A stretch of DNA of 64,000 bases from Eledone cirrhosa (lineage: Eukaryota): the NCBI GenBank assembly GCA_964016885.1, contig OZ024741.1:122760001-122824000 (forward strand), read 5' to 3'. The stretch's first letter is position 1. The number at the start of each line of letters is the position of its first letter. The notes beneath the pieces are model-generated. The model did not search any database. It saw only the letters and a list, made by a program, of their open reading frames with translations, and had not been told where the DNA came from. Made by a program: the position numbers and the translations under genes. Of the stretch, positions 1 to 13,366 are shown piece by piece.

Positions 1-2965
1 TCAGTCCTTCAGTCTCCGATTTCAGTCCAGAGGATGCCAACCACTGATGGGTTAAAGTTCTGTCAGCATCAGGATTGTTACCTCTTTCTGGGTATTTTCC
101 ATACAGAGGTTTTTCTTGACATTTCTTAGCCAGTTTCTGTAGCAGTTCTTTCTTTACAGTTAGTTTTACCTGCTTTTCTTTTTCTGTGTTTTCCATTTCA
201 GCAGTAAATGGGACTTCTGAAATTTGTAGTCCATTACTGTATCTTTGTGCATCTTTTGTAATGGAGTATGATCTTTTGATGCTTTCGTGTTTCAAAACGA
301 GTTTGATCATCCAAACATGTGATTCCCTTAGATATGTAGATAATCCAATTGTTGCAGTTTTCAACGCAATATCTAACTGGATTAACCCACGTCCTCCTTC
401 TTTCCTAGGGAGAAATATTCTATCTGTATCTGCCTTAGGGTGATGCATTCTGTGCATGATTAAGAATTTTTTAATTTTTGTATCGAGCCTACGTATCTCT
501 GTGCTTGAGCAGTTGATGACATTGTAACTGTAGGTTACTACTGGTATGGCAAGCGTGTTTATGGCATCGATCCTATTCCTTGCATTCAATTCCGTTCTTA
601 AGATTGCTCTTACTCTGCGGTAACATTTCTTCCTTATCCTTTTCCTCATTGTCGAGTGCTTGATTCCGTCTCCTTCACAAACACCTAGATATTTGTAAGT
701 TTCCTCTTGATCAAGTTCTATTATCACATTCCCCCGATCAAGATTAATGTCTGAACTTTTCAGCAGCTTTCCTCTGGTGAACGTTGCTTTGGTGCCTTTT
801 ATCTAGTCCAAATTCCATTCTAATGTCATCACTGAACTGCTCCACAGTGGATAGCCCTTGCAATTTTTCTTCATTTTGTGCAAATAGTTTCAGGTCATCC
901 ATGTAGAACAAGTGATTAAAGGTTTTGTCATAGACTTTATATCGATGTATTGTTTCATTGAGCATTTTACTTAATGGTATAAGTGCGATGCAGAATAAAA
1001 GCGGTGATAAAGAGTCACCCTGAAAAATTCCACAATTAATATTAACTTCTCCAGCTTCCAGTGATTCCTTTTCACTGTTCAAAAGGAGTGTCGTTTTCCA
1101 TGTCTTCATACTGAATAACAGGAACCTCCTGACAACGGGAGATATTTTGAAAATCTCTAAGCATTTTTCAATCCAACTGTGTGGCAAACTATCGAATGCT
1201 TTTTTATAATCTATCCAAGCAATTGATATATTTTTGTGTCTATTATGACAATCTTCCAGTATCATTTTATTAACCAAAAGCTGATCTTTACAGCCATATG
1301 AGCCTCGTTTACACCCTTTCTGCTCATTGGTAAATAGATCATTTGTTATCAGGTGGTCATATGTATATTCAGTTAGGACTGATGTTAAAATTTTATACAT
1401 TGTGTTCAAGCAAGTTATCGGTCTGTAATTTTTGGGATTGTTTGTCTCATCATTCTTCGGAAACAGGAATGTAATGCCGTTAACTAGCCATGATGGTATC
1501 TTTTCTGGCTCCTTAACTATTGCATTGTAAAGTTGGACTAACAGCTCATGAGACTCTCTGAAGGCATTTATCCAAAAATTTTGTATTTTTTCTTTTCCTG
1601 GGGATTTCCATTTGCTGGTTTTTCTAAGAGCCAAACGCAACTGTTCAACTGTTATATTTTCCCATATTTGTTCCTCAAGGTGAGCTGTATCTTTCATTTG
1701 TCTGTCTATCCATGGGGCATGTATATTATGAATTTTTCTTCGGCCCAGATCTTTTACCAAAATTCTTGCACTTTCTCATTGGGTCGTATTGATTTAGCAG
1801 TTATTGTTGACTTGCCAATTTTTCTGTAGAAGTTTCTCTGATTGTTTTTGAACATATTATTGTCCTTATAGAATCTAGATCGTTTTTCAAAGCGCCTTAT
1901 ACGAGCAGCTTTGGCCGACACTTTTTGCTTGATTATTTCTATCAGCATGTCTATGTCACTTGTTGATTTTATACTGTATTTTCTTTTCAATTTTCTAAGT
2001 TTAGTTTGTTCAACATGTTCACCTACTTTGTAGTTTGTTAAAATTTCTGTCAGATCGGAGGAGGTTTATTTGGAGATTGATGTTCTCTTGCCAAGTAGAT
2101 TTCTTGTGGGAATTCCTCTGTTTTTTTTATTTTCACTCCACATAAGTGAGTGGTGACTTTAGCCGATGCATAATAGAAATGATTTAAATCAGTAATGTTT
2201 AGTTTGTTTGTGATGATAATGTTTTTGAGAATTATGTTAGTCTTGTGTATTATCTTTTGGTTCTGTGTGGAGTTCTGGATCTTAGGGAGAGTGTCTCGTT
2301 CCCCCAAGTCAGATTCTTTCATTTTCATCTATTCGATCATAATTTCATCCTTCAAGTTGGCAAGTTCGTTCTCATTCATTTCTTTATCATTTACGATCTC
2401 ATTGTTTTCATTTTGAGTTTCATAATGAGCATGCACTCCTTCCACTTTTTCGATCCTTTCTTTAATTTGTTTTGTTGTCAGTGATATATGTCTGTTCTGT
2501 ATTCGATCTATTTGATGGGTAGAACATGGCAGTGTAGAAAGCCTCAAGGACTTCTTTATTGTCTTCGCTTGACCATTTTTCTCTCTTTTTCTTTGGATTT
2601 CTTGGTGGTGAGCATGGAGGGCCAAACAGTAGGAGTATTCCGGTTATGGGAGTTCTCCAGCTCCGAAGTGATGGGAAGGTTTGAACCATTAGCTGATTTT
2701 TCAACCCCAGTCTGGTTTCTCTCTGAGGGACGCGGCCCTCTTTGACCCGGGTGACGACCGATCCGGTATGAGATTTTATCATTTGACATTTACTTTATTT
2801 TGTCGCGTTTTATCCTTAACCACCAAGGGATAATCATTTCGTGTTACCACTTCTAGGACGAGTGTCAACCAAGACTAGAGGGGTCGTTCTCCCCTAGAGA
2901 CACGGCTATTCCCCGCACAGCCCCCATCCTGGTATTTCTTGGTCACGGGGTTTTCTTTTTTTGCT
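1..2965 (-). mobile_element. Decayed R4/Dong-like (RLE-type) non-LTR retrotransposon, 5' part; continues beyond window start
   Basis: Frameshifted - strand fragments: N-terminal KWSSEDNKEVLEAFY (2462-2782), KQKVSAKAARIRRF...FYR (1754-1990), RT (744-1760), and near 1-120 EKPLYGKY...WL..GLKSETEG, typical of R4-clade ORFs. GC-richer 5' UTR at ~2790-2950. Confidence 0.85.
744..1760 (-). pseudogene. Reverse transcriptase domain fragment of the R4/Dong-like element
   Basis: NYRPITCL, WIDYKKAFDS, GIFQGDSLSPLLF and HLFYMDDLKL motifs; frame broken on both sides. Confidence 0.9.
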
Positions 2966-3918
2966 GTTTTTTAAATTGTTATTATCATGAGTGGTTCCTT
3001 AATGTGAGCATTGCGTGACTTAAGAATGAAATTATTATTAATAATATAATATACTTTTTGTTGAAGTTGCCTGTTATTGTTGTTGGCTATGTCGGTGGTG
3101 GTGCTGGGGCTTTTTCTATTGTTGGTGGGGAAGGGGGGAGCCAGCAGTGCCATAGCCGTTGACGTTTGACCGAGTCACTAAGTCAGTCTATTTATATCTT
3201 TTGCTAGCCTCTCCCTTTTCTAGTGATACCACCACCTACCCCTTTCTTAAGTTAACAGAAGGTAGTGGGGGAATAGTGGTGGTAGCAATGAAGGAGTGGT
3301 GGCGGCGGTGATGGGATAGTGGTAGCAATGATGGAGTGGTGGCGGCGGTGACTATAGTGATGGCGTTGTCGTTACTGAGTTTTGTTGAATAGACTGTAGT
3401 AGTATGCGTTTGTTTGATCTATGTATCTATGCCGTTTGTCGCGTATGTTTAATATATGTGTTGACATATTTTCTGAATATTTGAATTAAACATTTTGTTA
3501 AAACTTGAGACAATAATAATAGTAATTCTTCTTATTATGCTGGGATTGGTAGTGGTGGTGGTGAAATGGCCGTTATCTGGTTGTTGTATTTAGTGTACAC
3601 AGAGGGGTGATGGGATAGATGGTGTATCTAGTTTGTGGTGTTGGTGAAACTGCTGTTATTTGGCTGTTCTATACAGTATTGACAAGGGGGTGGGGGTTCT
3701 TCCATTTATAACCATTTTCTTTGTTGGATATAAAATTTATAATACAAAATTGAATATTTGAGCGATATAACAGGATATTGTGGATCCGAATTTTCTGAGG
3801 TCCAATCCTGGCGCATTATGTCTCATTTGTACTAAGAATTGTTATATCACAATTGTTTTAAATATGTTAAAATTCAAAAATTTACGGGAGAGATTCCATA
3901 ACACTGTATCCATCAGGT

Positions 3919-5373
3919 ATGTCTTCTTCCCTCATTCTTCCCATAAATGTTGAGCTCAAACGCCCGAAATGCTTTCGCTGTGGGTCGAAGACTCACCTCA
4001 GGACCTTCTGCAATGAGAAGACCCTGAGAAAGGAGAACACCCCTCCTTCCAAAACCAGCTCTACTGCTACCAGCAACAGGACAGGCGGCAAGCAGGAAGG
4101 ATAGGTCCGTGGCACCCATACCCACGCCACGGAAATCAAGAACAGCAGCAGCAGTGGAAGTATTAACAACAACAACAGCAGCAGCAGTGGAAGTATTAAC
4201 AACAACAACATCAGCAGCAGCAGCAGTGGAAGTATTAACAACAGCAACAGTAAGACCAACTGCAGCTGCAACAGAGACTCCACTGCAATCATCACCAACA
4301 AGAACAAGTAAAAGAGTGGAGCTGGTACCCCTACCCGACCTCACAGAATCGGACATGGAGTGTGAGGTGAGAGAGGGATGATAAAAGGTCGCAAGAAGGC
4401 ATACACGCAGAAGCAGCACATCGTCGCCTTCAAAAATGGAGGGAAGAAATGAAAAAAGGGTAAAGGCTACTGCAAAAAGACTTACAGCAGCAACACCACC
4501 AACACCATCACCACCGGCGGCAACCCCACCGCCAACAACAACACCTTCAACACCACCACCACAAGCACCAACATCGCAAACACAACAACAAAACACACAC
4601 ACCCAGCAACAACGACAAGAAAATAGCAGAACCACACCCCACCCCCAGGAAATAAATACACTCTCAGCAATAAATACACACAAGAAACTAATGACTTACA
4701 TAATTGAATACACAGACATTTCACAGCACGACTACATAATACCAGCACCAATCAAAACACCAACGAACATAAAACTGCTAAGAATATGACAGAAACAATA
4801 CACAAACATTAACATGAAATTCCCCGACGCAGTTGGTGATTTCAGAGACCTAGGAGGGACACTCCACCGGAGAGTATATTCGGATATACTCACAGAAGAG
4901 CCGACGACCAGCCGAAGGGACGATTCAACGGTCCCTTCACCAGACAATCAAGGTAAGTGATCCTTTCTCACTTGCCCCGTTCCTCACCCAACATGGCCGT
5001 ACTCAGAATAGGCAGTATAAATGCGCGTGGCCTGGGGTCATCTTGGAAGGAGGGTCACCTGCTCAACGACCTCAGGTCACTAAACATAGATGTGCTAGCC
5101 ATCAGTGAGACCAGAATCTCCGAAGCACAAGCCTCCGCACTGATCTTTGGCGGCTACGATGTATACGCATTTTCCAGCCGTCCAGGATCGGGGGGAGGGG
5201 TTTTCGTCCTTTTTCGCAGAGGCTTGGATCTCGTCATACAGGCCATAATGTAAGTCGGTGGTTATTGCAACTATTCTGTTCGTTTTTAACATTTTTCCAA
5301 TAACTTTTCTACAAGAAAGATAAAATGTCTTCTAATAATAGTTACGATGATGGTGATGATGATGATAATTTAT

Positions 5374-5419
<46 letters not shown>

Positions 5420-6490
5420 GACCCAGAAGGTAAGTCGGTGGTGCTGAACGTGACCGGCAGCGAAGGCAATGCTTTCAGGCTAGTAGCCGTCTATGCCCCA
5501 ACAGGGGCAGGACGGCCACATTTCTTCAGACATCTAGAGACCTTTCTTGGAACGTCCCACTCTTTAGTGTTAGTGGGCGACTGGAACGGTATCTTGGATG
5601 CACGCTGGGATTGTGTGGGGCTAGTGGATAGGGGAGGAGGGTGCAAGAGCCTCACCAACCTGCTCATACGTTTTGAACTGTCTGAAAGGTATCGACTGGA
5701 TTACCCGAATGTGCCAATGTGGACATGGACAAACCGCATCAGGTAATCCAGATCGTATCTCGATATGGTATTCTGCAGAGAACTAGATAAGGCTAGTATA
5801 AGTTGTCCACAATTTAAAATAGTCAACTACACAGACCACAAATTTGTGATCTATGAGATCGACATAGACAGACTTCATAGACAAGGTCCCGGTTATTGGA
5901 AGCTGAACGCTTCTCTCCAGGCGCGCAAAGCCTACAGAGACCGGATTAGCGTATTAGTTAAGCGAGCGTTGACGGGAGCGGTAGTCAACAACAGGTGGTG
6001 GTTCGCCCTGAAAAGGGAAATTAAAGTAGAGTCGATTGGGTTTAGCAAAGGACTAGTGATAGAGACTGGTCTGCCCTACGAGCTTTATGCATTTATGCCA
6101 GACTTGTTCGGTGACCTCTTAGCAGACGTCTACTGCAACTGGCAGCAGAACGGGAGCATTCCTAGTTTTGTGAGCCGGGTAGTAGTGGCGCTACTGAGAA
6201 AAGACCCGAATAAGGGGGATGTTATCGATAACTTCAGGCCTATAACCCTGCTAAACGCAGAGTTCAAGATTTTGCCCAAGGTGTTAGCAACGAGGTTGGC
6301 GCTTGTCGTCAAGCGTCTGGTGGGAGAGGTGCAGACATGCGCCATTCCGGACAGATCCATACACGACAACCTCCATTTCATGCGATACATCATAGAGAGG
6401 GTGGTTAAGGAACCTGGCACGGATGGGGCCCTGATCAACTGGATCAATCCAAAGCATTCGATAGGGTCGACCATCAGTACCTGACGGCAG
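3919..6490 (+). mobile_element. Decayed L1-Tx1 LINE, lineage A (3' half of ORF1, ORF2 endonuclease and partial RT)
   Basis: CCHC knuckle CFRCGSKTHLRTFC; ORF1 sequence very similar to the array ORF1. ORF2 ATG ~4993 (SINARGL, AISET, VYAP, GDWN, TDH, GPGYWKLN, FRPITLLN). Stops, an insertion at ~5263-5419, an internal deletion at ~6065; ends inside RT. Confidence 0.92.
5263..5419. repeat. AT-rich insert ending in (GAT)n/(AAT)n inside lineage-A ORF2
   Basis: Interrupts the endonuclease coding sequence; GTAAGTCGGTGGT occurs on both sides (5250-5262 and 5430-5442). Confidence 0.6.
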
Positions 6491-9400
6491 CCACCTCATC
6501 GTAATCGACGAAGGTAGAAGGCCTAGGTGTGTCGTTTGTGGTGAAGGAACCCACCTAAGGTCTTTCTGCCCTCAGGCTTAAAAGTTGAGTCCACCTACCT
6601 CTCTTACCCACCCCAGTGACTCAACCATCAACACCACCACCAGCAGAAATGGCAGCAACAACAGAAGCAACTGTAGCAGCAACAACCCCAGCAACAGTAG
6701 CAAAACCAAAACCACCACCACCCAACGCGCCAGAACTAGCACCAGCGCCTACACCATCCACCACGCCACAACTAAAATCAACTCCTGTAGAGGAATTTAC
6801 ACTCCCCGACCTATCGCAACTGGAGACAGATTGTGACGACGAGGAGGGGGAAACGGTATCAAGAAAAAAGAAAAAAGATAAAGAAACCAAAAAAGAAAAA
6901 AATCCCTTTCCTTACCCCTCCAAAAAAAAATACAGAGGGGAAACAAATAAACTATCAAACCGAAAAGTTAGGACAGCTAAGCCACCATCCACACCAGCAT
7001 CACCAGCCCCATCACCACAAATACCAACACCATCACCATCATTAATCCCAGCACCACCATCACCAACACCACACAAGTCATCAAAAAGCGAAACAGAACA
7101 AACCGACAACAAACGCAAACAAAACAAAACAACCAAAACGATACACACTACACAGCATTAAATTTGAACAACAACCAATTATTACACTACATCCAACACA
7201 ACACCAGCATCACATACAAAGCCCACACAACAACCCAAAAGTTCACAGCACCTCTACACATACAAATCATTTGCATCACATAGAAAACGAACACGACACT
7301 AAAACAAAAATTCCCCAAAGACATCGGAGACTTCCGACAAGTACTCTCCAGGAGGATTTATAAGGACATCCTTCCGGAGGAGGTCACAAGCAGTGAAAAG
7401 GATGGCGAAACCATCCTTCCTCTACGAGAAGTAAGGTAAGTGGTCTTTCCCATCTTTTACACTCCATTTTAACATGACCGCACTCAGAATAGGCAGCATA
7501 AATGCGCGTGGCTTGGGGTCGTCATGGAAGCAGGGCCACCTGGTCAACGACCTGAGGTCACTAAACATAGATGTAGTGGCCATCAGCGAGACCAGAATCT
7601 CCGAAGCACGGGCATTGGCACCGATCTTCGGCGGCTACGATGTGTACGCATCTCCCAGCCGTCCTGGATCGGGGGTGGAGTTGCTGTGCTTTTTTAGAGA
7701 GGTTTGAATCTCGCCATACGGGCCATCTTCCTGGACCCAGAAGGTAAGTTGGTGGTGCTGGACGTGACCAGCGGAGACGGGCAAGCTTTCAGGCTAGTGG
7801 CCGTCTATGCCCCGACAGGAGCAGGGCGGTCTGATTTCTTCCGGCGTCTGGAGACCTTTCTTGGAACGTTCCGCTTTTCAGTGTTAGTGGGCGACTGGAA
7901 CGGGATCTTAGATGCACGCTGGGACTGTGTGGGATTAGCGGATAGGGGAGGAGGGTGCAAGAGCCTCACCAACCTGCTCAGGCGTTTTGAACTGTCTGAC
8001 AGGTACCGATTGGGTTTCCCGAATGTACCAATGTGGACTTGGACAAACCGCATCGGGTCATCCAGATCATATCTAGATAGAGTATTTTGTAGGGAAATAG
8101 ATATGTCTAGCATAGGCTGTCCACAATTCAAGATATTCAGCTACACGGACCACAAATTCGTGATTTGTGTGCTTGGCTTAGGTAGGCTTCATAGACGAGG
8201 ACCCGGCTACTGGCGTCTTTACCAGCGAGCAAGGCCTACAGAGACCGGATTAGCGAACTAGTTAAGCGGGCGTTGACGGGGGCCATCGTCAACAACAAGT
8301 GGTGGTTTGTTCTGAAAAGAGCGATTAGAATAGAGTCCATTAGTTTTAGTAAGGCTTGAGCAGTAGAGAAAAATAGAACAGAGGGAGAACTAGTTAGACA
8401 ATTAGACGACGCGCTTAGCAAAGGCATCGCAACCGACGTACTTGCGGCGAAATTGCTCTTCACCAATTCTTCAATGCAAAGCACGAAGGCTGCGTTGTCA
8501 GAGCTAGGGTGCGTGTTCTCAGACACGGGGGACGAAAGCCGTTAAATGGGCTCGAGTGGCGGAGGCGCGTCGTGGCAACAAAGTCACGATCCGGGCTTTT
8601 TGTCGACCACAACGGGCGCATGCTACTCGATCCCGGGCAAATGTGTGAGGCTTTTCAGCGACACTTCGCTCAGCTGTTCGAGAGCAGCGGCGGGCCGTAT
8701 CGAGGGCTGGACTTTAGTGTCTACCTCGAGGGACTGCCGCGGCTCTCGTCCACTGAGGCAAAGTCTTGCGAAAAGCCGATAACAGCCGCTGAAGTAAGGG
8801 AGGCAATGACTGGCTGCACAAGGGGTAAATCGCCTGGTTTCGATGGTCTGCCTTATGAACTTTACGTACAGATGCCAGACTTGTTGGGAGGCCTCTTGGC
8901 TGACGTCTACTGCAACTGGTAACAGAACGGGAGAATTCCCAGCTCTGTGAGCCGAGGAGCGGTGGCGCTGCTGAGAAAGGATCTGAACAATGGGGATAAC
9001 ATATAATTTCAGGCCCATAACGCTGCTAAACACTGAGTTCAAAATTTTGGCCAAGGTGCTAGCAAAGAGGTTGGCGCTTGTCGTTGGTGGTCTGGTGGGA
9101 GAGGCGCAGACATGCGCCATTCCCGACAGATCCATCCACGACAACCTCCACCTCATGCGATACATCGTAGCTAGGGAACCTGGCACGGGTGGGTCCTTGA
9201 TCAATTTAGATCAGGGAAAAGCTTTCGATAGGTTCGACCATCGTTACCTAGCGGCAGTCCTGAGGGCGGCTGGCTTTCGGCCTGTATTCAGAGGCCGGAT
9301 CGCTGCCATGCACAGCGACATCTGCTCTGTGGTGAGAGTGAACGGTCACCTTTCGGAACCGTTCAACATCATGCGCTCGGTCCGCCAAGGATGTCCCCTC

Positions 9401-11072
9401 TCGTCCTTCTCGAGCCATTACTGCATAAACTGGAGACGTTGAGGGGCATCCCGCGCGAACTAGGACGCGGAAGATCCGTGTCAGCATATGTCACCGTAGT
9501 GGTGTCGAACGCCAAACACATCGAGGCAATCGGCACTACACTAAGAGAATACGAAGCGGTGACAGGAGCAATGATCAACCAGGAAAATTCAGTGGCCTGC
9601 CCTGCGCTGGATGGACGGCCCGGTTAAATTGCTAGGGGTCTGGTTCGGTCCGGAGCTCCAGACGGACAAAAACTGGGACGAGGTGACGAGCAGAGAGGCT
9701 TCTCTCACTCAGAAATGGGCCGAGAGGAAGCTATCCCTCAAAGGTCGAGCGGAGGTGGCTAACGCGTACATTGCGCCCGTCATCTACTACCGCCTGACCG
9801 TCGTACCTAGTCCTCAGCCCCGCCTGACTGCGCTGGAGCGTTTACTATTTCGCTTTTTGTGGAAGGGACGCGCTCCGATGATAAGGCGGTCCATCTGCTG
9901 TCAACACCCGCTACGTGGAGGGCTGGGCATGCCGTGGCTGATGATGCGCAGACACGCGCTCAGGCTACGACATCTCCACCTCTTCCTCGACGGTGATCAG
10001 GTGTGGTCGCCGTTTGCTAGACGCGTCTTTCCGCAGCTTGTCTCCTTGACGGAGCTGCAGTCCTGGGTCAAGCGAAGGCCGCGAGGGAGCGCTTGGAGAC
10101 TGGAATGTCTTCAGGCGTTCACAGCCCTCGACCAATCTGGCAATGTTATCGGTGGAAACTCCACCTTGGCGTTCTATAGAGGATTATTGGAGGGGAGAGC
10201 GACGACGTACTTGGAGAAACTCTAGGCGTCGACGAAAATCAACTAGCCAATCTCTTCGGAAGAACTTTCGGGCCGAGGCCTATGGACAACTTCCAGAAAT
10301 CCCTGGCCTGGCAGTGCTACCGAAGATCTTTGTCAGTTAGGGATAAACTCTACAGGCATGGAGGTGCCGTCAGCGGGGCTCTCTCCGAGTTGCGCGCAGG
10401 GTAACGAAAGCGTACTGCACGCACTCGTCCAGTGTCCGAGCATTGCTGACTTGTGGGTTTATGTCGAACACCTGATGTCGCGTGTAGGACGGATTCAGCT
10501 ATCAGCTGAGTCCATCGTAAGGATTGTCCCGCCCCCTTTCTTTAGCCGGGAAGGGCAGGCAGTTTTTATCCGCCTGGTGGCCATAGCGAAAGAGATAGGA
10601 TGGTGGACACGTTTGAAAGGGCTGAAGACGAGCACCTAGCTCTTCGGTGATGCCCTGATTAACTTTTTCAAATTTCATTTGAAAAGGAAAATCAGGGTAG
10701 CGAGGGAAATGCTCTCTCCCAGCATTTTGTTGAAAGATGGGTGAGAGAGGCAAGAATGACTCGAGTGAATGGGCCTACTCTGAGTATGTGTCTGTGAATT
10801 AAAGGTGGAAAACTGGGAGAGGTCACTTGCCCTGGTATCAGTGTCACTGTGGATTTTTAATAGGCTTTCTCCACGAATGTCCCTCGGAAGTCTCCCCCCT
10901 ATTGGGGAATTTTATCATTGTTATTTTATTACATCCTCTGTCTTTTGTTTTTTTTACACGCAGAAATGCCCGTTTGTACCGTCCTGTATTGTCCTGTACT
11001 GTCCTTAATGTCTACTTTGTGTAAACCCTTGTGGTTAATAAAGAAAGCATTATTATTATTATTATTATTATT
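6491..11072 (+). mobile_element. Decayed L1-Tx1 LINE, lineage B (5'-truncated in ORF1, near-complete broken ORF2, 3' UTR, (ATT)8 tail)
   Basis: Divergent ORF1 knuckle CVVCGEGTHLRSFC. ORF2 from ATG 7474 to ~10797 in several frames, highly similar to the array ORF2. AATAAA followed by (ATT)8 at 11049-11072. Confidence 0.95.
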
Positions 11073-11261
11073 GGTGGATTGGCAGTATCGGTAGAAGGTC
11101 GGACGCCATGCTTTGACGTATAGAGTTACGGCTCTTTCCATTCTGAGTTCAAATCCCGCCGAGGTTAACTTTGCCTTTCATCCTTTCAGGGTCGATAAAA
11201 TAAAGTACCAGTAATACACTGGTTAATTGCTGGCCTTGTGCCAAAAGTAGAAACAATTATT
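11073..11261 (+). mobile_element. tRNA-derived SINE (octopus-type), short variant
   Basis: A-box-like GGTGGATTGGCAGTATCGG, B-box GAGTTCAAATCC, core GCCTTTCATCCTT..GGGTCGATAAAATAAAGTACCAG, ATT tail; many copies in the window. Confidence 0.9.
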
Positions 11262-11497
11262 GGTGTTATTTAACCGGAAAATTTGCCTTGAATATTAAGC
11301 CGCTACCTGCAACCTCAGATAGTCAGGACCTATCAGAGGGTCCTTGTTGTTTCCAGTAGGTATGCCTTCTGGAATGTTTCAAAAAGGGGGCTGAAATCTC
11401 TTCGAACTAGTACATAGTGCTCCTACGACGATGGGCACGACCTTGATGTCGTGACAATCCCAAATCCTTTTCATTTCCCACTATAGTTCCTAGTACC
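11262..11497 (-). mobile_element. 3' fragment of an R4/Dong-like element (RLE C-terminus and 3' UTR)
   Basis: - strand reads WEMKRIW...IKVVPIVVGAL...FQKAYLLETTR, resembling the RLE-element C-terminal motif (IPIVVGALG...QKA.LLGT.R). Confidence 0.7.
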
Positions 11498-13310
11498 AGT
11501 TAATCCCCCGCTTCAAACTGCATGGAACAGATAATTCTAACTGATTGATCGACATTATCAGTTCATCGAAAATTCTACGCCTTATATTATTTTTTTTGTT
11601 TATATTGATATTAAGATTATTATTATGAAATGAAACCAAACTGCATCAGTCTGCATGCGTTATTTTGTGATTTAGTATTATATCCGTGAGAGACATATAT
11701 TTGCATACATGTCTTATCTTTAATAATTATGTATCAGTTAGATCTAGACATATTCTCTCGTATTGGGTTAATAACTTGGTTTCAGAGGCTATGAATATAA
11801 ACAAATGTTGCTAGTTAATATTTAGCTTCATGAGGATTCAATGGATTTCTGCTTCTTTTGTCGGTTATTTTCGTCGGAAAGTCGGATATTATGGCTTTTT
11901 GATGATCAACATTTGATTACTTGAAGCTAGCTAAAGAACAAAAGACAATGGCTCCATAAATGAGTTGGGTTCAATGAAAGTGAAGCATTAAAAAATAAAT
12001 AGTAATGTTAGTTTGCATCTGGGAATTTAGATCAGAAATAACGGCTTCATTTCATGATGCACCTGGTGAATATTTAAATCGTTTATCACCTAGTGCAAAT
12101 TGACATGAAATGGTGCTTTCAAAAGATTTGACAAAACCATCTAACAATGTGTCAAAAATGAAAAAAAGGATTTACCATATTTTGAAATAACCTCAGAAAC
12201 ATTTTCGTGAGAAAATTACAGCTACATCTCATGAGAATACATTGAAGAAGTTAAAAGAGAAAACTTTTATATAATGTTTGTGAAAGTAAGTAAAATCGAT
12301 AATGAAATTAGCCGACACTTGAACTTTTATTATTCATTGAGTGTAGACTTAGATGGTTCTATGAATTATACACATACTGTTATGTTTAGTAATGTTTTGA
12401 CCATAGAGTAGCTGTTGTAATTTATTGTGCATATTTGAGAAACTTTCAAAACACGACGTATTACTTTCAATAGAAATCTTGACAAAGACTTCTATATAAA
12501 ATTTTTATGCTATTTTATGCGATATTTGTGCAAATTTATGTGCTTCTGGTTTTAACGATAATTCGGCAGAACTCAGTGTTGTTAAATTCACCAAAATTGA
12601 TGAATACTAAAAATTGTTAAAATTCTTGCATAATAAAATTTCGCATTTCAGTTTGTGTTCTTATTTTGCGTGTGTTCACAGCTTGTTTTATATATAGTTC
12701 ATTTTTTCCTCCTTTACACTTCTGATTTAAATGTCTGTGTTTTTAGGCTCCAATACAATCACATCCCGCGTTATGTTTTTATTGCATCGCTAATTAGCTC
12801 ATTCCTTTGTCGTGTTGGCGTTCTAATGAATACTATGAATATCCAGCAAGAATAATGAATTGTCTTTTGGTTTAAGAGATAATTTTAATTTTACACAAAT
12901 TCGACCGTTGGATTTGTAAGATAAGATGAGTTGCAATGTTTGGTCATGGAGTTTTGAAATGTATCTATTCATTTCTTTTATAATCGGGAAGAATACTATA
13001 TGTTGCAAATCTCCAATGAAACTTACACCCACCACACACTTACACATACATATATATCATATGTGTGTGTGCGGTGAGTACATATGCGTATGTAGATAAA
13101 TACATAATATATATATGAATATATATTTTTACGCACACACACACACACATATATATATGTATATATTTAATATTTTGTTTACAGCTTTCCAATAATTGAC
13201 AGAAAGGGAATTGTCACAAAATTCCTATTAATTTATTTTTATAAGTTTAAACTATAGATATGTTTTGAAACGAAATTTTGATATGGTAATATGAGAACTA
13301 ATATGGCATT

Positions 13311-13311
<1 letters not shown>

Positions 13312-13365
<54 letters not shown>
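13312..13365. repeat. (TAC)n microsatellite
   Basis: About 18 perfect units, seen directly. Confidence 0.95.

Positions 13366-13366
<1 letters not shown>

Noticed and set aside
2790-2960. HDV-like ribozyme in the R4-like 5' UTR
   Set aside because: Plausible for the clade, but I could not assemble P1/P2/P3/L3 by eye; needs a descriptor or Infernal search.
2971-3912. GGT-rich segments and a short - strand ORF
   Set aside because: Low-complexity, probably decayed repeat; no recognisable domain.
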